Below are positions 9,840-19,740 of a stretch of 64,000 nt of DNA, in pieces. The notes beneath the pieces were generated by a model. It had not been told where the DNA came from. It ran no database searches and saw only the letters and a list, made by a program, of their open reading frames with translations. How positions within the stretch are numbered: the stretch's first letter is position 1; the number at the start of each line of letters is the position of its first letter. The translations under genes and the position numbers were made by a program. The DNA lies in assembly GCA_013216135.1 (NCBI GenBank), contig JABSOS010000005.1:140682-204681 (forward strand), read 5' to 3'. The stretch is from Candidatus Caenarcanales bacterium. Its GTDB lineage: Bacteria > Cyanobacteriota > Vampirovibrionia > LMEP-6097.

Positions 9840-10769
9840 TTACTCTTCTAAAGCAAGCTTTCTAAGCCTTTCCCCTTCTACTATTGGGTAAGCGGCTAAA
9901 CCAGTTAGCGATAAAGGAATAACTAACTTTAAGCTTTCTTCACCAGCTAGCATTAGATAGAACTGAGCAGTAGCAAAAATGATCCCCCCAAGTTTCATCA
10001 TGAAACTCTCTCTCATAAACCCAAAGGCTACTTTAGAAAGTCCATCAATAAAACTAGAAAAAGCTAAAGTCCTTACAGAAATAGTTGTCCAGAGGGCAGC
10101 TGTGGCAATATAAAATTCTGTTTTCTCATAAAATCCATTTATGGCAGCAAGTTCAAAGCCAGCAATTATAAATAGTGGAGTAGCACTGATTATTCTAAGT
10201 AGGCTTGAGAAAAACTGAGAGCGGATTGCATCATCGATAAATCTATTCCACTCGCCTAATCTAAGTTTTTCAAGCATTTCCCCAGAGCGAATTACCATTT
10301 CTTGAGCGACAGTGCTGATATATTTCCCAAGATTAATAAAAAATCTTCTACCTCTTAAAAGTGCTCTCTCTGATTTGTAAGTTTCAGGGTGATACTTTAC
10401 TAGTGCTTCATAGCTGTAGTCTACCTTTATCATTCCGACAAAGAGTCCCTCTCTAAAAGAGTTTCCTATAGGGTTTGTTGCGAAATAATTTGTGATAATG
10501 ATTCCTAAAATACCAGTAGTAAGGAATAGTCTGTATTGTGGGATGTAAACCATTAATAAAGGAATATTTTGCGCGCCACAAGAAAAAAGAAGGATTTGAT
10601 TAGAAACATTATAAATATCTTCTAAGCCTAGAATTACGAAAAGTGCTGTGACTAAGCCCATCGTAAAAGAAAGATATCCGAAGAATTCATTAAGGATAAT
10701 TCTAGGGTCAGCTATTCTTATTGAGATTTCTTTGTTTAGATTTATGGGCATCGATGATTGCATAGTCAA
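9840..10769 (-). CDS. Polytopic membrane protein, unknown function (possible sensor partner of the upstream kinase)
   Basis: Several hydrophobic helices. Sits 8 nt downstream of, and co-directional with, the HK-like gene. Confidence 0.5.
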   Translation of the reverse strand: MTMQSSMPINLNKEISIRIADPRIILNEFFGYLSFTMGLVTALFVILGLEDIYNVSNQILLFSCGAQNIPLLMVYIPQYRLFLTTGILGIIITNYFATNPIGNSFREGLFVGMIKVDYSYEALVKYHPETYKSERALLRGRRFFINLGKYISTVAQEMVIRSGEMLEKLRLGEWNRFIDDAIRSQFFSSLLRIISATPLFIIAGFELAAINGFYEKTEFYIATAALWTTISVRTLAFSSFIDGLSKVAFGFMRESFMMKLGGIIFATAQFYLMLAGEESLKLVIPLSLTGLAAYPIVEGERLRKLALEE

Positions 10770-10777
10770 TCATTTTA

Positions 10778-12175
10778 CTAAGAATTGTTCAGGATAGGAA
10801 GTGCCGCAGTAAATGTGGTGTTAGATGGAGATTTATAAGCTAACTTTCCACCTGCTAGTTTCAATAATTTATTGAGATCAAATAGCCCCTTTCCATTGGT
10901 TTCAGTCGGGTTATCTCTTGTTGTTACAATCTTTTCAAATATTTTTTCTGGATCAGCCTTCATAGGGTTTGCGCTAGTTACTGATAGTTGTAACTCTTCG
11001 CCTACCTCTTTAACATTAATTTGAATGCTACTATCTTGCTCATTAATTCCATGGTCAATTGCATTATTTACTAGGCAATCTAAAGCATTTAATAAAGTTT
11101 GAAGATAGATTTCACCATCTGTCTTGATGTTATTATCTACAGTGGTATTGATGAATATATTTTTTTCATTTGCTGGTCTATTTAAAATATTTTTTATTCT
11201 TTCGTTAAACTTTTTTTCTAGGAGATTTTTGGAAATAGTCACAGGTTCTTCATTTAACAGCTCTAATCCAGAATCTAGAATAGTATTTATTGGTTTGGGG
11301 TCATAGCATATATTGAATTTTTCTATGTTTGACGCATATATGCATGAGATGGCTGGAGTGAGATAACTTCTAATATCGTGATGAATTCTACTTGCGATGA
11401 TTTTACTTTTATCGTTGAAGGAATTTGATGTTGTTATTTTAGTTAGAAGGTCAGTATAGTCAGCTCCCGTAATTTTAATGATTTGATTTGTTGAATCTTT
11501 TGCAAGCTTGCTAGCACTATCGAAATTTTTATTTTTATATTCTTGAGCAATATTATTTAAGATTTTTACTAGAGGACTCAGTAATGTTTGAAATTCATTT
11601 ATCATTTCTTCTGATTTATTTTCTTTAACTTCAGCTTTACTGATTTTCTGAATTTTTTCTACTTTATCATTTTTAACTTCTTTACTATTCTGGATCTCTA
11701 AATTTCTTTCTAGGCTGTCTTTAAGCTCGATAATTTCATTTAAATTATTTTCTAACACTTCAATCATTTTTTCATCATTAAGAAGCTCTTTTTTCCAGGA
11801 TAGAAAGCCTAAGGTTTGTTGAAAATTAGAAACTTGAGTTTTGATTTCTTCAATAGTTTCTTTTTCATGGGGCTTATTTTTAGATAGGGACTTTAATTCT
11901 TGTTTTAGTTTTTTATTTTGAGTCTGCTGCTTTTTAATTTCATTAAGAAGATTTTCTTGTGAATCTTCATCTTTTGGGGAATTGATTATAAGATCTATCA
12001 CGTTTTTAAAATTTATAATTTGTTCATTAAGCTCAGCAGTACTTTCTTTAGCTGGAGTTTTTGCTTGTTTGAATTTTAAATTTGATAAATCTTTAACAAA
12101 AGAACTTTCCCATAAATTTGGAGCATTTGTGAAAAATTTAGAATATCTATAACCGGAAGTCTTATCTTGAGTCAT
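10778..12175 (-). CDS. Cytoplasmic coiled-coil histidine-kinase-like protein (HATPase_c)
   Basis: C-terminal N-box NAIDHG, G-boxes (GKGLFDLNKLLKLAGG) and an H-box-like HHDIRSYLTPAIS. Long Lys/Glu-rich coiled-coil N-terminus and no TM segment. No adjacent response regulator. Confidence 0.55.
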   Translation of the reverse strand: MTQDKTSGYRYSKFFTNAPNLWESSFVKDLSNLKFKQAKTPAKESTAELNEQIINFKNVIDLIINSPKDEDSQENLLNEIKKQQTQNKKLKQELKSLSKNKPHEKETIEEIKTQVSNFQQTLGFLSWKKELLNDEKMIEVLENNLNEIIELKDSLERNLEIQNSKEVKNDKVEKIQKISKAEVKENKSEEMINEFQTLLSPLVKILNNIAQEYKNKNFDSASKLAKDSTNQIIKITGADYTDLLTKITTSNSFNDKSKIIASRIHHDIRSYLTPAISCIYASNIEKFNICYDPKPINTILDSGLELLNEEPVTISKNLLEKKFNERIKNILNRPANEKNIFINTTVDNNIKTDGEIYLQTLLNALDCLVNNAIDHGINEQDSSIQINVKEVGEELQLSVTSANPMKADPEKIFEKIVTTRDNPTETNGKGLFDLNKLLKLAGGKLAYKSPSNTTFTAALPILNNS

Positions 12176-12334
12176 GTGGCTAATTCTAGTACTAAAGTAT
12201 GAGTAGCTCTATTAATTTTTATTATGTATTTATGTTTTTGATTGCAGCAGTATTGATCTTGTTATATCCAATAGTCTTTCAGATACCTCAGAGACTCTAA
12301 GAAAAAGCTGATTTTTAAGCTATAATAGTAATTT

Positions 12335-13501
12335 ATGAAAGATAAGGATTTCTTGATGATTCCTGGACCTACTCCTGTTCCTGAGTCAGTATTACACGCT
12401 TTAGCTAAACACCCTATAGGACATAGATCGAAAGAGTTTTCTAAGATTTTTTGTTCTGCTAATGAAAAGTTAAAAAAAATAGCTAAAACTAAAAATGATG
12501 TTTTTATTTATACAGCAAGTGGTACTGGAGCTATGGAAGCTGGTATCGCTAATACCATTAACCCAGGTGATAAAGTTCTTTCTTTAGTAATAGGTGTTTT
12601 TGGGCAGAGATTTGCTGATATAGCTAAGCTATACGGTGCTGATGTAACTGAAATTAAGGTTAATCCTGGTGAAGCTATTAGCCCTGATCAGTTAAAAGAG
12701 AAATTGAAAGAATATAAAGAAGGGGAACTTAAAGCAGTTACTTTAACTCATTCTGAAACTTCTACTGGAACAGCTAATCCTATCGATAAGCTTATTTCAC
12801 TTATTAAAGAGACAGGTGCTTTAGTCATGATGGATGCTGTTACTAGTCTTGCTTGTATGCCACTTGACTGTGATGAACTAGGTATAGATGTACTAGTTTC
12901 TGGTTCGCAGAAAGGATTTATGATTCCTCCTGGACTTAGCTTTATTTATGTTTCAGAGAAGGCTTACGCAGCTAAAGCTGAATGTAAAACACCGACTTAC
13001 TATTTCTGTTGGAATCAAGCTAAAAAAGCTTTAGCGAATGATACTACACCATGGACACCTAATGTTAACCATATAGTAGCTTTAGAAGTAGCTTTAACTT
13101 CTATGTGTGAAGAAGGTATTGATAATGTGACAGCTAGGCATGCACGCTTAAGAGATACTTTAAGGGCTGGAATTAAGGCTTTAGGTTTAAAACTTTTGAC
13201 TGAAGATGAAACAGCTTCAGCTGCGATAACAGCTATTTATCCTCCTGAAGGTATTGCTGTACCAGACATTAGAGCTGCTTTTAAGAATGATTGGAACATG
13301 ATCGTTGCTAATGGTCAGAAAGATCTTAAAGATAAGATTTTTAGAATGGGACATTTAGGTTTCGTGACCGATAGAGATATTCTTACAGGTTTATCAGCTT
13401 TAGAGGCAGTTATGACTAAACTTGGGCATAAATTTGAAGCGGGGGCAGCTTTAGCTGCTTACCAGAAAGCATTAAAAGAAAAAGAGCTTTGCGCTGCATA
13501 A
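12335..13501 (+). CDS. Class-V aminotransferase (serine-glyoxylate / alanine-glyoxylate aminotransferase family)
   Basis: MIPGPTPVPESVL...SGSQKGFMIPPGLSF has the PLP-lysine context of AGXT/SgaA-type enzymes. Confidence 0.8.
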   Translation: MKDKDFLMIPGPTPVPESVLHALAKHPIGHRSKEFSKIFCSANEKLKKIAKTKNDVFIYTASGTGAMEAGIANTINPGDKVLSLVIGVFGQRFADIAKLYGADVTEIKVNPGEAISPDQLKEKLKEYKEGELKAVTLTHSETSTGTANPIDKLISLIKETGALVMMDAVTSLACMPLDCDELGIDVLVSGSQKGFMIPPGLSFIYVSEKAYAAKAECKTPTYYFCWNQAKKALANDTTPWTPNVNHIVALEVALTSMCEEGIDNVTARHARLRDTLRAGIKALGLKLLTEDETASAAITAIYPPEGIAVPDIRAAFKNDWNMIVANGQKDLKDKIFRMGHLGFVTDRDILTGLSALEAVMTKLGHKFEAGAALAAYQKALKEKELCAA

Positions 13502-13510
13502 GAGGACTTA

Positions 13511-15247
13511 ATGGCAACTAAAGTAAAAAAAGTAGATAATAGGGTTTTAAGATTATACGTTCTTGGTGGGCTTCATGAGCTTGGTAAGAACATGTTTGTT
13601 TTTGAGGCTCATAACGCTGATAAACCTGAAGAGTCTGAGTATATTATTTTAGATGCTGGTTTAAGATACATTGGTCATGAAGAACCTGGTATCGATTATG
13701 CAATGGCTGATTACAGGTTTTTAAAAGATAAGAAAAAACAAATTAAAGCTTTAATTCTTAGTTCGCCACATGATAGACATTGCGGAGCAGCTCATCAGAT
13801 AATTTGTAACCTTGAGATAGAAAATGTTTATGGTCCTGGACTTGCTTTGGAGCTTACGAAGGCAGAATTAAATCCTGAAACTGTTAAAAAAATTAATTGG
13901 ACTTTACTTGATTCTCGTTTTGAGATTGACTTAGGTCCATTTCATTTAACCTCTTACTATATTACAAGTCATACTGGTGAAAACTATGCTTTATTAATAG
14001 AGGCTTTAGGTAAAAAAATATTTTACTCTGGTAGTTTTAAAATAGACCAAACACCTACTGATTCTCGTAAAACTGATATTTCAGGAATGCTTTCTCATTT
14101 AGAAGCTAAGGCTGAGTTTGCAAAATCGGCTGATTTATATATAGGTGACTCTACTAATGTTGAGTTTACTGGCTATTCTAAATCTGAAAAAGATATACTC
14201 CCTACTTTTAAAAAGATTTTTGCTGAAAATAAAGAATCAAGAATTATTGTTAATACTTATGATTCGAATGTTGTAAGGATTGTAAATCTTTTTGCTTTAG
14301 CTCAGGAGTTTAATAGGAAAGTAGTCTTAGTTCATAGAAATATGAGAAAAGTAGTTGCTGCCGTTGAAAGGCTTACTACATACGACATTAATGATGACAT
14401 GATTATTAGTATTCAGGAAGCTAAAGATCATAAAGATTCTGAGTTGCTTATGCTAACTGGTTCTCCAGAAGACTTAGCTTTAGATAGTTTGGAGATGATT
14501 ACTTATAATAAAAGTTTAGAGCTGAATCTTAAAGAAGGTGATGTTATCGTTAACAGTGCAGATCTTCCTCCAGGAACTGTTCGTAAGATGGCACAGATTT
14601 CTGACCAATGCTTTTTAAGATCAGTGAAAATGATTGGCGGTAGAAATGCAAATGTAAACGTAGAGTCTAATGCTCTTACTGAAGAGCTTAAGTTTATGTT
14701 TAATGTTACTCGCCCTAAGTATTTCCTACCTGCTCTTGGTGAAACTCGTCAATTGGTTAAACATGCAAAACTTGCTGTGGAAACTGGTTTTGATCCTGGT
14801 TCTATACTTATTTTAGATAATGGAGATGTTATTGAATTTGCTGATAATAATGTTGTTCGTGTGATTGATCAGGTTCCTTACGAAGAAATTCTCTATAGTA
14901 TGATGGATCACTATGTACTAGAAGAGCATTTAGTGAAAACTAGAGATGTGATGTCGCGTGAAGGTGTAGTCATAGTCAGCTTTTCGTTGAATCGTAAGAA
15001 TAAAAAAATTGTTGCTGGACCTCTATTTTCTGCTAAAGCTTGTACTTTCTCTAAGAATAAAGAATGGAAAGCTTTTTGCATGTTCAATACTCAGCCAATA
15101 GTTGAAGCTGTTGATGCTCTTTACTCTGGTAAACCTGAAGCTACTATTCAAGAGTGTGAAGAGATAGTTAAATCTCATATGCAGAAAGTAATTAAGCAAC
15201 AAATAGGAAAGAGACCTGAACTTATAGTTCATGCAAGTCAAGTGTAG
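13511..15247 (+). CDS. rnj: RNase J-like metallo-beta-lactamase / beta-CASP ribonuclease with a degenerate HxHxDH motif
   Basis: N-terminus LYVLGGLHELGKNMFVFEA and ILDAGLRY match RNase J. Motif II reads SPHDRH instead of HGHEDH. Confidence 0.7.
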   Translation: MATKVKKVDNRVLRLYVLGGLHELGKNMFVFEAHNADKPEESEYIILDAGLRYIGHEEPGIDYAMADYRFLKDKKKQIKALILSSPHDRHCGAAHQIICNLEIENVYGPGLALELTKAELNPETVKKINWTLLDSRFEIDLGPFHLTSYYITSHTGENYALLIEALGKKIFYSGSFKIDQTPTDSRKTDISGMLSHLEAKAEFAKSADLYIGDSTNVEFTGYSKSEKDILPTFKKIFAENKESRIIVNTYDSNVVRIVNLFALAQEFNRKVVLVHRNMRKVVAAVERLTTYDINDDMIISIQEAKDHKDSELLMLTGSPEDLALDSLEMITYNKSLELNLKEGDVIVNSADLPPGTVRKMAQISDQCFLRSVKMIGGRNANVNVESNALTEELKFMFNVTRPKYFLPALGETRQLVKHAKLAVETGFDPGSILILDNGDVIEFADNNVVRVIDQVPYEEILYSMMDHYVLEEHLVKTRDVMSREGVVIVSFSLNRKNKKIVAGPLFSAKACTFSKNKEWKAFCMFNTQPIVEAVDALYSGKPEATIQECEEIVKSHMQKVIKQQIGKRPELIVHASQV

Positions 15248-15255
15248 GTGAGAAT

Positions 15256-18200
15256 TTGCTTTTAGATCTAATTGAAAAAGATAACAATTTTAATACTATT
15301 TTCCATCGTCTAACAGCGAAGAACGAATTAATAGTTCATGGCTTAACTAATTCAGCAAAGAGTTTCGTCATTGCCAACCTTTTTAAGCAGTTGAAAAAAC
15401 ATACTTTGTTTGTGGTTAATAATCACTATGAAGCTCAGACCTATTACCGTGAGATAAAAAATTTATTAGGTGAAAACTTTCCAGTTTTTAACTTCCTTTG
15501 TCAGGAAATCTCACCTTATGATCAGATTAACTCTGATGTGCAAGTGACCTCTAGTCAATATCAAATTTTCTCTGCTTGGTCTGAAGAAACACCTTCTATT
15601 ACTATTATTACTTTTAAGGCCTTTTCTCAAATCTACATCCAAAAAGAGCTTGTAGAAAAGTTTAGTCTTGATGTTAAGAATGATGAAACTATCGAGCCTT
15701 TAGATTTGTCTCGCAAACTAGTTGAACTGGGTTACTCAAAACAATTCATGGTAGAAAACCGTGGGCAGTTTAGCCATAGAGGAGATATTTTAGATGTTTA
15801 TCCTTTAAATGGTGAGCCCACTAGAATTGAATTTTTCGGTGACAGTATAGAAAGTATCAGAACTTTTTCTATTAGTTCTCAAAGATCTATTAATAAGTTA
15901 GATAAAGTTTCTGTTCATCCACGTTACTCTATAATTCGTTCTGAGACTGATGGCTTAGAAGAAAAGCTAATGTCACTTCTTAAAGATTACAGCTCAAAGC
16001 TTGATGAGGAGACGCGTGAAGGGCTAGAGCTTTCTTTGTCTCATAACATTAGTGCAGAGAATAAATTACTTTATTGGGAAGGTGTTGAATACTATAGATC
16101 TATACTTGGGCAGGGGTATAGCTCTCTCTTTGATTACTTACCAGCTGAAGCTAATCTTCAATTCATTTTTGATGAGTGGGAAGACTTACTTCTGTATAAC
16201 AGATCTTGGCAGGATAAAATTCAAGATCAATATGAGGATGGGATTAATATTGGTAAATTATTGCCGATAGAGTCAAACCTATATTTAGATGCAACGAAGA
16301 TTACTGAGCAGATTAAATCTTATAAGAAACGTTTATACTTCCAAAACGTAGAAGAACTAGATTCTAATGCTGATGATTTAAGTGTAGAGATTAGAACTTT
16401 ACCTACAGAAAGGTTTGCTAGTAAAGTTGAAGACTTTGTTGCCTATATAAAGAAAAATATCCGTGAAGGTGAGCGAGTAATTATATTTAGTGAACAGCCT
16501 CAAAGGGCTATGGGGATTTTAAAAGAATGGGATATTCAATGTCTCTATCTCACTATTAATGAAGATTATCAAGGTATTCCACAGGATCATGTAATCATTC
16601 AGCGTGATGGTTTGGAGGAAGGAACTAGAATCCCTGAGCTTAATCTATTGATTCTTACAGATAGAGAACTGTTTGGTAGAAGTAGGCAAGCTGTTGCTAG
16701 ACAGAAGAATAAGAAGAAAGATAAAGAAAAAGAATTAGAAAAGCAAAGAAGAAAAAATGCTTATACTGACATTGCAGACTTAAATGTTGATGACCATGTC
16801 ATTCATTATAAGCATGGTTTAGGTATCTATAAAGGTACTGAAATGGTTGAGCTTACAGGGATTGGTAAGCAAGAGTATTTGATTCTTGAATATGCAGGTG
16901 AAGCTAGAGTTTTAATTCCTGTCGATCAGGTTAATCTACTTTCACGTTTTGATATGGCTGGTGATGCTAAGCCTAAGTTATCTAAGCTTGGTGGTAATGA
17001 GTGGACTAGAACTAAAACTCGCGTCAGAAAGTCAGTTAAGAAGATTGCTCAAGACTTAGTAGCTTTGTATGCTCGTCGAGAAAAGCAAAGAGGTCATATT
17101 TATCAGCATGATACTCCTTGGCAGCTTGAAATGGAAGATGCATTCCCTTATGATGAAACAGAAGATCAACTAAAAGCTATTGTTAATGTTAAAGCTGATA
17201 TGGAATCAGAGAAGCTTATGGACAGGCTTATCTGTGGTGATGCTGGTTTTGGTAAAACAGAAGTTATTATTAGAGCTATCTTTAAAGTGATGATGGAAGG
17301 TAAACAGGTTGCTGTGCTTGTCCCTACCACTGTTTTAGCTCAGCAGCACTTTAATGTAATGCGTGATCGCTACGCTCCTTATCCAGTTAAGATGGGTTTA
17401 CTTTCTCGCTTTAAATCAGCTAAAGAACAGAAAGAAACTATTAAAGCTTTGCGTACTGGTGAATGTGACTTAGTTATCGGTACTCATCGTTTATTACAAA
17501 AAGATATCCAATTCAAAGAATTAGGACTTCTTGTAATAGACGAGGAACAGCGTTTCGGGGTTAGTCATAAAGAGAAATTAAAAGAGATTAGAAAAGATTT
17601 GGATGTTATATCAATGTCAGCGACACCTATCCCAAGAACTCTTCACATGTCTCTTTCAGGGATAAAAGATATTAGTTTAATTTCTACAGCTCCTACTAAT
17701 CGTTTACCAGTAAAAACTTTTGTAGGTGAGTATAAGTCTTCAGTAGTGCGTAACGCTGTTCTTCATGAGATTGAACGTGGTGGTAAGGTTTTCATCTTAC
17801 ACAATAGAGTTGAATCTATTCAAGAAATTGCATATGAAATTGCTGACCTTGTTCCTGAAGCAAATATCCGTGTTGCTCACGGACAGATGAAACCACAGGA
17901 ACTTGAAGATACGATGTTTTCATTTGTAAATAATGAATTTAATGTTCTTGTCTGTACGACTATCATTGAGACTGGTTTAGATATCAGTGATGCGAATACC
18001 ATAATTATTAATAGAGCAAATACCTTTGGTCTTTCTCAGCTTTATCAGCTTCGTGGTCGTGTTGGTCGTTCTGATGTTCAAGCTTATGCCTATCTTCTCT
18101 ACTCTTCTGCTGCAGATCTTTCCGAGACAGCAAGGCAGAGGCTTAAAGCTATTAAGGAATTAACAAATCTAGGTGCGGGTTACCAAGTAGCTTTGCGTGA

Positions 18201-18810
18201 CATGGAAATACGTGGTGTCGGTAATGTCTTTGGTGCGGAGCAACATGGACACATGGTTGCTGTCGGTGCAAGCTTGTACTTTAAGATGCTTGGAGACGCT
18301 ATTTCAGAAGTTAAAGGTGAAAAATCTAATCTTGAAGAATTTGAAAATTCTTGTGTTCTTGATATTAAGGTTAGCGCTTTCTTCCCTGAGACTTGGATTC
18401 CAGATGAGCATCAGAGAATGAATGAGTATAAGAGACTTTCATTGATTGATAATCAAAAAGATCTTGATAACATAGTTGCAGAGTGGTCTGACAGATTTGG
18501 ACGTTTACCATCTGAGGCTAAATATTTAATTGAAGTAAGTAAAATTAAATTATTTGCGAACTCTAAAAACATTTCTAGTATTACTGAAGAGGCTGGTGAA
18601 GTTAAAATCTATGCTAACTTACGTTTGCAGAAGTGGTTACGTTCTCAAAGAGCATTGCCTCAAATCATTCAATCTAAAACCATGTTTAAACCAGGTACTG
18701 CTGGTGGCATGAAAAATGCTCAGTCACATATTCTTCTGAAGAGTGAGTTTATGGATGTTGACCAAAAACTAGAGGCTGTTAGAGAGATATTACAGGTCTT
18801 GGAAGTTTAG
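15256..18810 (+). CDS. mfd: Transcription-repair coupling factor
   Basis: 1184 aa with a UvrB-homology N-terminus, helicase motifs (GDAGFGKTEV, LVIDEEQRFGV, SATPIPRTL) and TRG/C-terminal domains. TTG start. Confidence 0.92.
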   Translation: MLLDLIEKDNNFNTIFHRLTAKNELIVHGLTNSAKSFVIANLFKQLKKHTLFVVNNHYEAQTYYREIKNLLGENFPVFNFLCQEISPYDQINSDVQVTSSQYQIFSAWSEETPSITIITFKAFSQIYIQKELVEKFSLDVKNDETIEPLDLSRKLVELGYSKQFMVENRGQFSHRGDILDVYPLNGEPTRIEFFGDSIESIRTFSISSQRSINKLDKVSVHPRYSIIRSETDGLEEKLMSLLKDYSSKLDEETREGLELSLSHNISAENKLLYWEGVEYYRSILGQGYSSLFDYLPAEANLQFIFDEWEDLLLYNRSWQDKIQDQYEDGINIGKLLPIESNLYLDATKITEQIKSYKKRLYFQNVEELDSNADDLSVEIRTLPTERFASKVEDFVAYIKKNIREGERVIIFSEQPQRAMGILKEWDIQCLYLTINEDYQGIPQDHVIIQRDGLEEGTRIPELNLLILTDRELFGRSRQAVARQKNKKKDKEKELEKQRRKNAYTDIADLNVDDHVIHYKHGLGIYKGTEMVELTGIGKQEYLILEYAGEARVLIPVDQVNLLSRFDMAGDAKPKLSKLGGNEWTRTKTRVRKSVKKIAQDLVALYARREKQRGHIYQHDTPWQLEMEDAFPYDETEDQLKAIVNVKADMESEKLMDRLICGDAGFGKTEVIIRAIFKVMMEGKQVAVLVPTTVLAQQHFNVMRDRYAPYPVKMGLLSRFKSAKEQKETIKALRTGECDLVIGTHRLLQKDIQFKELGLLVIDEEQRFGVSHKEKLKEIRKDLDVISMSATPIPRTLHMSLSGIKDISLISTAPTNRLPVKTFVGEYKSSVVRNAVLHEIERGGKVFILHNRVESIQEIAYEIADLVPEANIRVAHGQMKPQELEDTMFSFVNNEFNVLVCTTIIETGLDISDANTIIINRANTFGLSQLYQLRGRVGRSDVQAYAYLLYSSAADLSETARQRLKAIKELTNLGAGYQVALRDMEIRGVGNVFGAEQHGHMVAVGASLYFKMLGDAISEVKGEKSNLEEFENSCVLDIKVSAFFPETWIPDEHQRMNEYKRLSLIDNQKDLDNIVAEWSDRFGRLPSEAKYLIEVSKIKLFANSKNISSITEEAGEVKIYANLRLQKWLRSQRALPQIIQSKTMFKPGTAGGMKNAQSHILLKSEFMDVDQKLEAVREILQVLEV

Positions 18811-18812
18811 TA

Positions 18813-19457
18813 GTGATGATGAATCAAAAAGACCAGAGAGAACTACTTGGATATTCCTCTAATATTGCAAGCTTTATAATTGTCGTATTATCAATCTTTG
18901 ATTGGATTTCTAGGGAGATCTTGACGACAATCTTTGTTGGTCTATTTTATTTATTAATTGTTTATGTACCAATATTAATGATTATTATTTGGTCTTTTGT
19001 ATATGGATTCAAGAATAGAAAAACTAAGCAAATAAAAAGCTGGACCCCTTTTCTCACTAATATGGTTGCAATAATACTTGTACTAATTATGAATTATTTT
19101 CATATTGGTAGAATAGTTAATTTTTATTTGAATCTTAATACTCGTAATGAAGTTATCAATAAAGTTAAAAATAAAGAATTAGAGGTTAATAGTCATGGCA
19201 CTTATTTTACCTTACGTGATAAGAATAAGATTTCTCAAGGAAAAGTAATAATAGGTAAATTTATAAATAATGAAATGAACATGCTTTTTCATTATTTTGA
19301 TCAAAGTCCTTTTATACATAGTTTTTCTGGATACCTTTATGCTTCTAATAATAAATTTGAGAATATAAATTTTATTCAATGTTATGGGAAAATTGAAAAA
19401 TATAAAATAAAAGATAACTGGTATTGGGTATCATGCTTAGATTACAGAGAGTATTAA
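18813..19457 (+). CDS. Membrane protein, unknown function (very AT-rich)
   Basis: Three N-terminal hydrophobic helices plus a soluble C-terminal domain. Local G+C is visibly lower than the flanks. Confidence 0.5.
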   Translation: MMMNQKDQRELLGYSSNIASFIIVVLSIFDWISREILTTIFVGLFYLLIVYVPILMIIIWSFVYGFKNRKTKQIKSWTPFLTNMVAIILVLIMNYFHIGRIVNFYLNLNTRNEVINKVKNKELEVNSHGTYFTLRDKNKISQGKVIIGKFINNEMNMLFHYFDQSPFIHSFSGYLYASNNKFENINFIQCYGKIEKYKIKDNWYWVSCLDYREY

Positions 19458-19740
19458 TCGACAATTTGGGAATAATTAGTTATTGTAATTTCTAGAGTTA
19501 CATAAAAGAGATTTCTATGCCTTTAACGAGATTCAGAGATGCTTTGATTGCTACCAGTATTTTCGCTACTGCTCATCATGTTAATTCTGAACTTATTTTT
19601 GATAATTTTTCTGTGCCCCTGGATTCTATTACAAAAAATAACTATGAGCTGGTTCAACCCAACTCTCATTTTAAATCCTGTAATTGGTAAAAATAATTCA
19701 GATAATGGATAATTACTAACTAGTTTATAATTAAGTAAAT

